DNA of 64,000 bases, from contig CM052817.1 in the NCBI GenBank assembly GCA_028534125.1, forward strand, positions 54,872,001 to 54,936,000, read 5' to 3'. A program made the translations under genes and the position numbers. Shown piece by piece: positions 41,826-54,720 of this stretch. Within the stretch, counting starts at the first letter, position 1, and each line of letters starts with the position of its first letter. This DNA is from Lama glama (lineage: Eukaryota). The notes under the pieces were generated by a model. It was not told the origin of the DNA, ran no database searches, and was given only the letters and a program-made list of their open reading frames with translations.

Positions 41826-42738
41826 AGAAATGCGTGGGTAGAATAAGGTTAAAACTTTTTCTAAATTGAAGTCTAAAGGTGATAATAGAGATAATAGGAG
41901 AGAAGTGACAACCAAAGAAATAATGTCAGATATTTTTACAAAATTATTGATATACACAAATATTCACACCAAATATTTTATAGACACATTGGTAAAACTT
42001 ATTTTAAAAACTTAAAAAATAATCAGAAACAAAAGAGAAAAGTTATTGTGGGTGAAAGTTGAATTCTCAAGGTCACAAAAGGAATTCAGAGAGTGGGGTA
42101 ATCAAAATACTGTAGAAAAATCTCAATAAAATTAACTTTTGTATCAACTAAAGCTATTTTTAAAAAACAAGGATGAAATAAAATGAATACTTTATAACCA
42201 AGAGGACTTTGCTATGTGAAATCCTTAAAAATTTACTCTGATAAGAAACTCATTTCAGAAGGAAGATTGAGGAAAAAGAAGAAACAGTGAGTAAATACAA
42301 TGGTAAATATGAGGGTATATCTAAAGAAGTATTTGGTACATTAAAAATCACTTAATGTATAGTTTTTGTGACCTGGGAATTATAGGGAAATGTGGTTGGC
42401 ATTATTGTAGCTTATGATCCTTATATTTATTGAGCAGAGAGAAAAATTATTGATTTAAAAAAGCACTGTAAGGCTAACATCACAGGTTAACATTTCAATG
42501 GTAACTACTTAAGGAATGGAAAGAAAATATGTATCTTCCAACTAGTAAAAATGAGAACTAATGATCAGAGTGTAAGAAGGTAAGTCAGTTTGAAAGTATT
42601 CAATAATTGAGAAGACACCTAGAGAAATAGGGTATCAGATAGAAATCAGAAAACAAGATGATAAATAGTTATAAAGTAAACATAAATCTACGTGGATTTA
42701 GCTCTCAATTTAAAAGGCATAGATTAACAGACTAGTGA

Positions 42739-42761
42739 ACACACACACACACACACACACA
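42739..42761. repeat. (CA)n microsatellite
   Basis: Read directly. Confidence 0.95.
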
Positions 42762-44019
42762 ATCTCCAAAAATGTTATTATCAAGAGACATTCTGAACCA
42801 GAAAGTAGAGAGAGGTTTAAAATAAAATCATGAAATATGCACTAGAAAGTGTTAATTATTAATCATGCTTTAGTATCTATTTTGTTTCATATATATATTG
42901 CCATCTAGATTTTAAGGCAACAGGTGATAATAGAAAGACTGTATTCGTATCCTGGCAAAAGTTTTAATTCATTGGAAAGATACAGCTATTACATATTTCA
43001 GAAACCTAATAAGGAAGCTTCAAAATAGATAAAATAAATAACAGAAAATTACAACAAGAAAGTGATAAATCCATTATCATACTGGAATACTTTTATACAC
43101 ATCTCAGTGATTTATCAAGCAGCAACATATTTATTAAAGATATAGAAGATGTAAAAAAATTACAGTATGTGATCTAACTGACATATATAGAACATTCTGC
43201 CAACTATTAGAGAATATAGATTTTAAGTATGTATAAGTTAGTTATGGAATTGAGTATAAATCATGTATCAAAATGTGAGCCAACAAATCCCAAGGAACGG
43301 ACTCTATACAGACCAAGGTTTGTTTTTTTTTTGCCAAAATGCAGTTGTCATAAATCAAAAACCACAAAATGATTAACAAATAAATCTTCATAAAGCTAGA
43401 TATCATATACTTTGCTAAATAAAATCTGAGTCCTGATGGTGTCAAAATGGAAATTAAATTGCTATAATGAAAATACTACCTATCAACCTTGTGAAATGCT
43501 GGTAAAGCAGCAGTTAGAGGGAAATTTACAGTCTAAGATGCATATATTCAGTAACAAGGAAGATTAAACAACAAACTAAGCATATGGCTTAAGCAATTAG
43601 AAAATGAGCATCAGTGTACCACACAGAATAATTAGGAAGAAACCATAAAAAAAGGAAATTAATAAAATAGGAAAACAAGATAAAATAGGATTTGAAAACT
43701 CACAAGGGGTGATTCTTTGAAAAGACTAATAAAATTGATATATCTTTAAATTGAATCAAGAAAAACAATTAGCATAAGTAAAATATTAGAACATAAAAGG
43801 AACAGAACTTCCATAACAGTAGTCTTTAAAATATAATTTAAAATACATACTTTCCTAGAAAAATGTAAATTATCAAAACTGACTAAAAATATTCCCAATT
43901 CCTATAATTATTAAAAATTAATTCAGTAATTTAAATTTTTCCCACAAAGAAAACACAAGGGTGAGCTAGTTTAGAATACATGTTGTACTCTACCAGACAG
44001 TTAAGAAATAGTTTTAATC

Positions 44020-44135
44020 GAGAGATGGAAAAGATGGCGGAGTAGAAGGACGCTCGTAAGTCACCCTCTCCCACAAATACACCAAGACCCACATCTACAG
44101 ACCCACTCAGCCAACCAGAGCACCTGCGGAACTCC
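44020..44135 (+). mobile_element. 5' end of a young LINE-1 (5' UTR/internal promoter) running into the assembly gap
   Basis: Abrupt shift to GC-rich sequence; 'aagatggcggagtagaaggacg' L1 5' start; several intact CpGs. Confidence 0.8.
44031..44040 (+). promoter_or_regulatory. YY1 motif (AAGATGGCGG) of L1 internal promoter
   Basis: Exact YY1 consensus 11 bp from the element start, the usual position in mammalian L1 5' UTRs. Confidence 0.7.
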
Positions 44136-44635
44136 NNNNNNNNNNNNNNNNNNNNNNNNNNNNNNNNNNNNNNNNNNNNNNNNNNNNNNNNNNNNNNNNN
44201 NNNNNNNNNNNNNNNNNNNNNNNNNNNNNNNNNNNNNNNNNNNNNNNNNNNNNNNNNNNNNNNNNNNNNNNNNNNNNNNNNNNNNNNNNNNNNNNNNNNN
44301 NNNNNNNNNNNNNNNNNNNNNNNNNNNNNNNNNNNNNNNNNNNNNNNNNNNNNNNNNNNNNNNNNNNNNNNNNNNNNNNNNNNNNNNNNNNNNNNNNNNN
44401 NNNNNNNNNNNNNNNNNNNNNNNNNNNNNNNNNNNNNNNNNNNNNNNNNNNNNNNNNNNNNNNNNNNNNNNNNNNNNNNNNNNNNNNNNNNNNNNNNNNN
44501 NNNNNNNNNNNNNNNNNNNNNNNNNNNNNNNNNNNNNNNNNNNNNNNNNNNNNNNNNNNNNNNNNNNNNNNNNNNNNNNNNNNNNNNNNNNNNNNNNNNN
44601 NNNNNNNNNNNNNNNNNNNNNNNNNNNNNNNNNNN
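44136..44635. other. Assembly gap (500 N)
   Basis: N run; the round length suggests a placeholder size. Confidence 1.
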
Positions 44636-47600
44636 ATCCAAGGAAGACTGTTTTAAAGGCTGCCCACCATACAAGGTTAGGAAATTGAGAGGACTGCAGA
44701 CAATTTCATGAACATAGATGCAGAAATCCTTAGTAGAAGAATAGGAATTAGATTGCATCAGTGATTTAAAATAAAATTACATCCTTACCCAATTGGGCTT
44801 GTCCAGGAATACAAAGGTTGTTTAAGATTAGGGGAAAACAAAAAATGATTACATTATACTGTGCTAAATAAATATAAACAAAAGGTGGAAAAATGACTAC
44901 ATCAGTAGGTGCAGAAAATAATCCTATGATAAAATTCTACATCCATTCATGAGAAAAGTAGCAAATTATGACAAAGAGAGAACTTCCATAACCTTATAAA
45001 CAATGTGAGCCCAAAATTTACAGGAAACATTATATTAAATGAGGAAGTATAAAAATCATTACCTGTAAAATCAAGAAATGGCCATTACCATTGACTTATA
45101 TTCATAAATTGGATATTTATCCAGCATTTTCCTGGAGGTCTTAGCCAACTTAGTAAGACAATAAAAATAACTGAAAAATATAAGAATAGGAAAATAAGAA
45201 AAAAGTTAACATTGCCATAGTATATGATTGTCTATGTATACACATAACTACTGAGTAACTTCATAATTAAAAGTTTAGTAATTTTGTTGAATACTAGTTA
45301 AATGCAAAAATTGCATTTTCCACACCAGAAGTAACTCATAAATATAAGAAAAAATAAGATATTCATTATGGAACAAATACCATTACTAAATAGGAATTAA
45401 TTTTAAAATAACACATATGAGCTCTACAGCAAAAAGTGTACCTATGATAAGGATTATAGACAATTATCTATCTATATAGACAGTCATTACATACAAAAAT
45501 AGAGCAACAAGAAAATACAAATGTTAAGGAAAATTACATCATTTAATATGAAAACATTCCACTTTCTCTCTGTTATTTTATAACATGAATATTAAGCTAT
45601 CTTGCTTAGTAAAATAAAATTTAAAAACCTAGTCAGTTGAAGAGATACATTGGAGACTTTAAAATGAAAAACAAGAACTGTTTTGAATGAATATCTATCT
45701 AAAATATAATAAAATATTTTTTGAAATCTGCTTGTTAGAAATTTGTGAAGAACGAAATCTTGTACTACAAACATAACTGTAGGACATCATGGCAACTCCG
45801 TAGCAAACATGCTAAATTAAAGTAATACTGGTTCATTTTACTCTTGGGATTCAATTGCCATAGAAGTTTCTTGTGTGGTATGACAACTATAAGAAATAAA
45901 GAAGAAAATCTGGAATTACATTTTCATGCTCCATTCAACTGAAGAAGTTAATCACCTCTTCTGAATTTGGGTCCGTATTTTGTATCCTCTACTTTTCATT
46001 TGTCTTGCTAATCGACCTACATAATACATTGTCACAGACCAAAAAAAAAAAAAAAAAAAGGCAGCAGTGTTTTGTGAACTGAAACGGAAGAGATTTACAC
46101 TGTTACTTGTTCAGAAGTGTGTGCACAAAATGATTTAACTAAGGATTTGTGCATAGATGTGTAATAGATTGACTACACTTTTAAGGTAACAATTCAAGTC
46201 ATACAAACAAAAAAGAAATTGGATTTTTAGATTTATAATTATATTATGGAGAAAACTAATGAAATTAAATAAGGTGGAATTTTTGAATTGATGTTTTTTA
46301 AATTTTGATTTCTCCTTTTTTTTTCTTTGTAAGGATTTTTTTTTTTCTTTAACTGTATGACTGAAAGACAGCAATATTATTAAAGCACAGATCTTAATGA
46401 GTGTTAATGAAGCAGGAACAAGTATCTTCTGATAGATTCAGACATCTCTGTTGAGGATTTTTTTTTTGCAGGGGATTAGTGCCAGTTACGCTTTCTTCAC
46501 ACTGATAATAAATTAAGATTATATATTACTTCTCTTTGATTTTCCCTGCCATATTATGATAATTGTTATTATGCTAATTGGCAAATTGTATGTTTGTTCA
46601 CCAGTTTAATTTACTTTGATTTTTTAAAGTACGGGAACAAATTAGCATGGCATATGACACAAAATCACCATAGCAGCGTAATAAGCAAAGAAAAAAAAGA
46701 ATATGCACATATTGAAGTTACTTGGAAGACAATTCTATTTTATTTTTTGAGATTCAGGATGTTGATTTATCTACTCTTGGTGAAAATTTCCATTAAAATA
46801 GGCAATATAGTAGACCCTTCTGAAGTTTGAAATTATACTGACCATTACTGTGATAAAGGTGAATTATTTTCTATTCTGTGGAGGATTTCCTGCATGTTTA
46901 AAATTGAAAATGTATGCCACAAGAGGTTTGTCTGTGCTAACATTCTAGAAACTCCAAACCTTCTTGAATGCAGAATGTGTCTGCAGATTATTTATTCAAG
47001 GTAGATTAATCAAACACTATGTTAGTGTTTTATGTACAAGAGTAAAAACCATTAAAAATCCTGTAGAATAAATTTTTTGTTTTTTTATTAAAACTAAGTT
47101 TTAAGAAGAATGAAATCAGACTCTTAACTTTTTCATATGCAGAGATAACTGGCATGTAGTAGGCATGCAATTAATGAAAAAAAAAAGAATAAATATCTAA
47201 ATAGATGAATGGCAACCTAATAACTGTAAATGGTTCTTGCTGTTTTTATTAATTTGCTGTTGCATTAGCAGAGCTAAGTTTCACAATGTATGTAGAGTGA
47301 CAATCTTAGATTTGCTTTGGGGTAGAATGTGCTGAAAGGGAGATATAATCTTGGGGTGATCAGTCACACATTATATTGGAATGGCATAAAATGATGCACA
47401 GAAATAAAACAAGAGTATTGGCAACCCGTCCAGCACATCAGGTGCCAATTCTTTTCCCTTCAGGAAGTCTCTCTTTAGCGAATGTGCAGTCCAGTTCGTA
47501 TTGGAGTTTGATCTGTGACTGATGAAGGCAGCTCATATCCTGATGCCAACACAATCATTTAGAAAGGAAGGAGATCTGTTGTCATATAGACCCATAACAA

Positions 47601-48107
47601 AACCTGATGTTTACACAAAGACCCTTGGCACAGTCCACCAATCCTTGAAGCCAAGCAACCTCTGCAATAAAGTGGCTTAAGAGAGGAAGAGAGATTGGGA
47701 TGCTTTGTATTCTTTTGTTTGGTTTGATCAAGCTGGTGTCTAAGAGGTAACTGATACCCTCAGAGGCACAAATGGCCTCCAAGCGCAGATTGAATTTAGG
47801 TTTTTGTAGCTGATGTCAATTCTCCTGAGAATTTATTCATTAAAAATAGTTTTTTTTTTCCCTTTCACATAGTAAGATATTGCAGACCTGGCCTCCTAAA
47901 CCCTCATGTTTGGATCTCCTCCAGAAAAGAGAAGACCCATACATGACTTATGACTTACATAAAGCCTGAATTGTCTTCTTTTTGTGAAGGGGTTAATGAG
48001 TGTTAACAGAGAGTCATCTAAATCCTTTTGCTGGGAAAATTAAATATTTTAGTTAGGCCATTTCAAAAGGAATTTCCATGGGTTTCTCAACATAGTTTTA
48101 TTAACCT

Positions 48108-49209
48108 ATATACTGAATTGAGGCATGTCCCTGCAAACTTCACGTCCACTTGGAACCTGTGAATGTGACCTTATCTGGAAGTAGGGTCTTGACAAATGTA
48201 ATCAAGTTAAGATTAGAATAGGCCCTAAATCCAGTGTGAATTGTGTCCTTATAAGAGGAGAGAAATTTGGATACAGAATCACCAACACCCAAGAAGGAAG
48301 GCAGTGTAAAATGGAGACAGACTGGAAAACCAAAGATTGCTGATAATTAACAGAAGCTGGGAGAAACAAAAGAAGAATCACCGCCCACTCCATCCCTAGC
48401 CTTCAGAGAGAACATAGCCTTGCTGACACTTGATTTGAACTTCCAGGTTCCAGAACTGTGAGACAAAGATTTTTGATTTTTTTAAGCCTCCAATTTTTAC
48501 TAAGGAAACAAATTCAGATTTTGGTACTGGGAAGCTGGGTACTACTGTACCAAGTACCCAAATGTGGAGGCCTCAGATGGAAATGAGAAATATGCTATTG
48601 GAAACCAAAGGAAAGGCCATCCTTGTTGGAAAATGGCATAAAACTTGGCTGGATTGTTTTCTGCTGTTGAATGGAAGATAAAACTTGTAAGCAATTAACT
48701 TGGATATTTAGCTGAGGAGATTTCTAAGCCAGGTTTAGATGGTACAGCCTGATTTCTCCTCTCTGCTTATAGTATATTCTGAAAGGAAGGAGATAAACTG
48801 AGTAATGAACTGTTCAGTGAAAAGGAACCAGCACTTGATGATTTGGAAAATTCTCAGCCCATCCAGATAGTATACCCTGGTAACAGGGCCAAGTGTGTAG
48901 TTGAAAAACTATTTACTAAGGTAGCAGTTAAGCATGTGATTAGGCATGTGATTTATGGATCCAGCAACCAACTCAGCGGAAGCCAGGAATAAAGATGGAA
49001 TTATCCAGAAAGGATCTATGGAGAATCTCAGTGTCTAATGGCATGGATCACCTCAAAATTCACAGAAAACAAATAGGATTTTGAGAATTTTATACCAGCA
49101 GAAACACTGACAGCCTGGACTGAAAGGGACAGATATGGGATTGAAGTCTGTTGTTTTAAGTCACTAGTTATGTTTCAATGTATTACCTCAGTCCTAGGAA
49201 ACTAATGTA
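48108..49209 (+). mobile_element. Deleted MaLR provirus: MLT1B/C-like 5' LTR (to 48516), MLT1-int (48517-~49140), 3' tip of second LTR
   Basis: LTR 'gaacctgtgaatgtgaccttat...ccagaactgtgagac...aggaaacaaattca'; internal start 'gattttggtactggga'; 'aaacttggctggattgt'; final 'tctgttgttttaagtcac...cctaggaaactaat'. Confidence 0.82.
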
Positions 49210-49794
49210 ACTTCTAAAAGAAGCAAAACTCCATTGGAAGTTTCATGACTAAGGAAAGAATATGATCTTCTAGAGTGGAGGCGAGATGCCTGAGATTAGC
49301 TATGTGTGAATTATTGTCTTGAAAAAAATATCTCTAATGTCTTATATATTAAGAGTTCAAGTAGAAAAGATATGTATCTGTCTATACCCATATCCGTTGC
49401 CATTGTCACACTCATAATTATATATCTATATTTATAATTATATCTACATTTGTATCCCTCCATAAAAGAATAAACGCATAACAACATAGGGAAACAGGAA
49501 CAATGAAATCAAGAGAACAAGATAACTGCAAAAGGTATAAAACAAACAAATGCAGAAAGAGCACAAGGACATTCCATAGGTAGATCCCAGGTAGACACAG
49601 TGACTGATAAATGCCCATGGGTGCCATTCAGACAAATGAAATGAATGAAATACATGAGGTACTTATTTATATAAACACATAGGGGTATTTCATTTATACA
49701 AAGAAATGTGTTCTCTCAGGATTTTCTTGGAACTATTATTCAAAATGCTTTCTGATTCGATTGAAACTCATCTTTCCATTTTTGACTGAGACAG

Positions 49795-49963
49795 TGGTAT
49801 GGTCACATGCTCTGTGTGGTATTTATATAACTCTACAGTTACAGAGTTAAAGCAGCCATAGATGATGCATAAAGGAATGAGCATGGCTGTATTTTTTTTT
49901 TTTTTACAGAAAAAAAGTGGCAGGCTAGATTTTGTCCCATAAACCCTAGTTTGCTGATCTCTG
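49795..49963 (+). mobile_element. MER58A-like hAT-Charlie element
   Basis: 'aaagcagccataga...aatgagcatggctgt...tagtttgctgatctctg'. Confidence 0.8.
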
Positions 49964-50399
49964 CTCTACACGACAACAAAATTAATACTCCTTTTGTTCT
50001 CTACCAGAGAGATGTGTAAATGTCTATGCAATATGGTACCTACCATTAAATTAGAAGTCTAGGCTGCACGTATGAAAGTAGCTATCATTTACTAGGTAGG
50101 ATTTAGACATTCCCACCCTGGTCCTTGTTACACACTGCTGCCCTAATGTACAGTTCTGAACATGCTGGTTTCCTACAAAAACATCTTCATATGATTTCCT
50201 GCTAATAATAGAAGTTTGCAGCCTCCCAGCTTCCAGACTTCCTTAAAATTACCTCCCCCTCTTCTCCTTAACACATCTTGTTGAATATAAATACTGCCTC
50301 CTTCTCTGTGGTCATTCTTTTCCTTCCACTTTGATATGTCCATATTCACACAGCTAGCGGAAATGGTACTTTTCCTCTTTTTCTAATGAAATTGTTCCT

Positions 50400-50628
50400 C
50401 ATCCTCCAAGTCGATGTCTCTCCTGTTAGAACTCCCACAGCATTTGTTTTATTTATACTTTTCTTCTGGCATTTCATTATTATATTCTGCTCTTATTCTT
50501 TGTGTAATACATTATCTCTTTTATTATAACAAGATTTTTGAAGATAGGCTGGTATCTGATTCATCCTCATTTGTTCCCAAAGTATCTCATGAGGTGCCAA
50601 ATAAATACTTTTTCCTTGAATTAATGTA
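50400..50628 (+). mobile_element. L2 3' fragment
   Basis: 'aagatttttgaagatagg...tgattcatc...aggtgccaaataaatac...tgaattaatg'. Confidence 0.55.
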
Positions 50629-50773
50629 TGAGGGAAAACTGTGACATAGCTTTATTTGGAAGATTAGATTCTGTATCATTTTATTTATAGACATATTCTA
50701 AATCACCCTATTTTGCCCAGAACTTAAATCATTCTTCCTGAGGCTTTTTTCTTGCTGTAGCTATTTTATACAC

Positions 50774-50858
50774 TATATATATATATATACACACACACAC
50801 ACATATACACACATATGTATGTATATGTGTATATATATATACATACATACACACATAT
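50774..50858. repeat. Compound (TA)n/(CA)n microsatellite
   Basis: Read directly. Confidence 0.9.
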
Positions 50859-50959
50859 TCTTTATATTCTTAAAATATATTTGATTAAATATGGGACTCC
50901 TTAAAGAAGAAAGGCTCTGTTTAGAATATAATAAGGGCATATTCAAGAACAGGAAAACT

Positions 50960-51148
50960 CAAGTCAACAACCTTGGTTTTCATCTTGACTCCATTTATCT
51001 GCTGACTGATCATGGGAAAAATTCCTTAAATTCTTAATTTCAGACTTTTAAACTGTAAAATGGGTAATAAAAATGTCTACCTCATAAGGGTTCCGTTAGA
51101 ACTAAGTGCTTAGCACAGATAAGTCATATCATTGGTATTTCAATTAAT
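50960..51148 (+). mobile_element. MIR
   Basis: 'ctgtaaaatgggtaataaaaatgtctacctcataaggg...aagtgcttagcacag'. Confidence 0.75.
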
Positions 51149-53043
51149 TTGGGTTTTGGGATGATTAATAGTGAGTGGCAACCACATACATATATAGAGA
51201 GAAAGGAAGAGAATGCTATATATAATTCTAGGTTTGTATACTCATCATTAATGTCACTGTAACAATTTTCACTTTTCAAATAACTTAAGCTAGATTTTCA
51301 TTTCTATTGGTTTCTGTGCTCCATGGCAACAGCTGTTAACCTCTTCCAGCAGTACCACTGCAGCAAATACTACATATGGTTCCTATGTGTGTCAGTGACA
51401 GCATTTCTAAACACATTAACATGTACAGAGGCTATAGTGAGCCAAGCAACGTAAGTATAGCACAAGTTGTAATAAGTCAGCATTACTGTTTATATCAAGT
51501 AAAGCAATTTACAGCAGAATGCAATAAATACTTAAGGATGGAAAAATGATTGGAATCTATTCTTAACAGAGAAACACTAAATTTTCATAGTATTTTTGTC
51601 TTTTCCTCTTAAAATAAACCAATATGAGATACTTCTTTGGCTTCATAGTTTCAAAAATTGAAGGAAAATGCTTAAATTCATATTTAACAGATTAGAGTTA
51701 TCTTATTTCACTTCATAAATATAAATCATTAATAAAGAAAACATCATAGGGCACAGTAAGAAAACCACAGTCCATGCTTAAAGTCTGGAAAATTATTCCA
51801 TTTTCATGGTATACTTAGGCATTTAATAATTCTTTTCTCCAGTGAATAACACAAACTTTCTATTCCAAATGTGAATCCCTTGAGGATTAGGATTTTGATA
51901 GCTGAGTTATTTTCTGGTTTATGAAGCCACTGCCTCTGTGGGAACTCAGAAGCTATAATAACATAAAAAGTCCACAGCTTGGCACAACCCACTATACTAT
52001 ATTCTCAAAACCTGGGACACTCATTAATGTAACATTTAAATATTTTAGTACTAGTTTATTATGTGCCAGTTTAATTGTGAATCAGATTCTCTACCGTATC
52101 AAAGTATAAGAAGCGTCTCTAAACATGGTGTAAAGAAATTTTTGTCCATTATTTTTACCAAGCAGCAGAATTTAAATACACAAGTTTTGAAAAGTATTAC
52201 TCTTGAGCCAGCCAGACAACAGATGCTGCTGTTATAATGCTTCAGGGTCTTCAGTGAAGGAATATCTAGTTAAACGCAGAGGGCAAGACAGTGAATAGCA
52301 CCGGGGAACCGTGTAGGTCAGGCACCCTGAAGCTAGGTAGTAGGCCAAAACTGAAGGACTGGTGGCGTTTGTATTCCACGGCCTAAATGAACACCTCAAA
52401 GGATTCCAGGAATCTATCGTGGACTGAGGTCAAACATAAATGCAGTAACCTGCTTGAAGCCTGCAGTCTTATGAGTCAAGAGACCTCATGTCAAAAATAA
52501 ATGTCTTGTGATATAAATATTATTTATTTTTTAAAGCCAGTAGATTCAAAATCTACCTGTTTACCTCTGTCATTATTGGCTATTTGCTTCAATGATTCTC
52601 AATTGTGTTTATCAACCTGAGGGTCTGCATGGAGTTAAGGCATTTGGTCTTGCAGAATTCTCACTCACCACTTTCAGCTGGATTTTGTATTATAGTGATC
52701 CTGATAAATCTTAAGAAACTGAAATTAAAAAAAACTATAAAATAACGTGTGTGTATAAACAGAAAGTTACAGAAGGAATCCCTAAGACATCACTTAGTAA
52801 AAGTATCTGCAATTAAATAATGTTAAGGAATCTAAAGCAGTTTATCAATCGTTTCAAAGCATTTGCTATCAAAAATATATAGAATAAGCTTACTTAAGGA
52901 ATCATGTGATATGATGATGATACTCATTAAACTCTAGGTGTGAATCTTAATGAATTGGAAACAGTGGAGGACATATGCATTTGTCTTATAGTTGTTTGCT
53001 GTAAGTAATATTTTGGCATTAAGTCACACTCATGGGAGGTAGT

Positions 53044-53105
53044 GAGAGAGAGAGAGAAAGAGAAAGCAAGCAAGCGAGCTCTGCCAGAGAGAGAAGAGAG
53101 AGAGA
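53044..53105. repeat. Imperfect (GA)n
   Basis: Read directly. Confidence 0.8.
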
Positions 53106-53304
53106 ATCAACCATGCAGGGGAAGAAAAAAATATCCTAACGCAAACCAGGAGAATTATGACTCTGCTACAATAGTCACAATGATAGTAAAAGAAGTGCTA
53201 AGAGGTCAGGTATTAAAGATTACAAAGCCACACTCTCCATGGGTTTGAGTTTCTTTGTTAAGGACATTCAGAGTTTTATATCAGTACATAAGAGTCTTAT
53301 GTCA

Positions 53305-53540
53305 GGGCTTAAGTTAGAAAGTTTTGGAGTTTGACAGACTTTGCTTAAATCTTACTTCTGTCACATACAATTTTGCTTGCTTAGCCAAATTTATTAAACA
53401 ATTTGAGATTTGGCTTGTTCAGCTGTAAAACCAGAATACTTTTATCTACTTCAAATAATTATTACAAAAATTAAATGAAAAAATATTGGCTGCTCTGGGG
53501 ACTTTAATATGGTGCTTGGTGTACAATAAATGTTTAATGT
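53305..53540 (+). mobile_element. MIR
   Basis: 'tttggagtttgacagact...cagctgtaaaa...tatctacttca...aaattaaatga...gtgcttgg...caataaatg'. Confidence 0.65.
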
Positions 53541-54099
53541 TGGTGCTCTTTTTTTCTTTTTCTCTTAACTAATAACAGAACCATACACACGATTCAAGAC
53601 TCACTTTCACAAGTCCATAGCTGGGACTCTCTTTGTTTTGATTTGGATAATAATCCTACTATGAAGGTGGCAGACCTGTGAATTATCCTTTTGGAATGCT
53701 TCTTCTAATGATTTACTTAATATTTCTAGTCATCAGCTGAAACCCCAGTCTCTTTGATGTGAACAGCAGCAGTAAGCCAGTGCTCTCACCATGGAATATT
53801 GCTACTTAAATACTTAGCTTATTATGTATAATCTCATTTGTTGGGTTAATATTAGTCTGATAATGTATAGAAATCTTTTGAATTTTTGTCTTTTTCTCAA
53901 TTTGTTATTATGCTTAAAAGTGATATATGGGCCATGTATATCATTGTGGAAAATATATAAAAAGTATGTCCTAATTTTTTGCCGTGGAAGAAACTTGAGC
54001 CACAGTGATCTGGATGTTCCTCCCAGCTGACATGAGTATATTGTGTTCTTATTATTTGAAATTTCAATCTTCATCTAGCTCAGGGATTTATTTTGTGTG

Positions 54100-54720
54100 T
54101 ATGATTACCATGAAACTTTGTTAATGTCCTGCTGAAATTCTGAAATACTCTATGTATGGGGTCCACTTGATCTGACATTCTAATGTATGAATCAATAAAT
54201 GAATTGATACCAGACTAGCATTCTGATATCCAGCCATTACTACTTCCCTTTTGAAATATTTACAGGCTCTTCTTTAAATAATCCATTTGAAGATTTGGCC
54301 TAGTTCCAGGTTCACAAGGTTATAAATTTTTCCATTATTTTTGCCCTTTCAAAAATTGAAATATCACTTCCCCCATACTTTTCTTTCACAATTTCCAGCT
54401 AGCCATGATTACTCAGAAATTACTACCATTGCCTTTACAATCTCACTACAGCTCTTTGCAGTGACCTGGTAGAATTGTTTCTGTGGTTGGAGATTGAATT
54501 CCCTGAAGAACATATAAGTTTTCTTTTACTATCTCCTCAATCATCTTTAGCTTCTGTTCAGATTATACATCTATCTTACTTTTTCTAGGTTGAAGATTCT
54601 GCTCTCTGGCAGAGGCAATGGAAGTAAAATTCAGATCTCCTAACTCCCTCTGTCTGCTAAATGTAGTCCAAGCTGTGAAAATATCCTTTCTTTGTTCTTC
54701 TCAGTCTAATGTATCTAGCA
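54100..54720 (-). mobile_element. Ancient CR1/L3 LINE remnant
   Basis: 'aactttgttaatgtcctgctgaaattc...tactctatgt' and 'ctctttgcagtgacctgg...tggagattgaatt' resemble L3. Confidence 0.5.

Larger units (their letters stand above)
39830..45600 (+). mobile_element. Ancient LINE-1 (L1ME/L1M5-like) ORF1-ORF2 relic hosting nested L1 pieces
   Basis: Diverged motifs 'aaagcagcagttagagggaaatttacag', 'tctttgaaaagactaataaaattgata', 'catgaacatagatgcagaaatcct'. Confidence 0.7.

Noticed and set aside
43931..44758. Longest ORF (275 aa)
   Set aside because: Artefact of translating through 500 N.
46021..46038. Poly(A) run as a retrocopy tail
   Set aside because: No TSD, no upstream polyadenylation signal and no recognisable SINE or mRNA body.
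47448..47520. Strong-looking splice acceptor (ttcttttcccttcag|g)
   Set aside because: All three downstream frames stop within ~60 bp and no clear donor follows; a non-coding exon cannot be excluded without RNA data.
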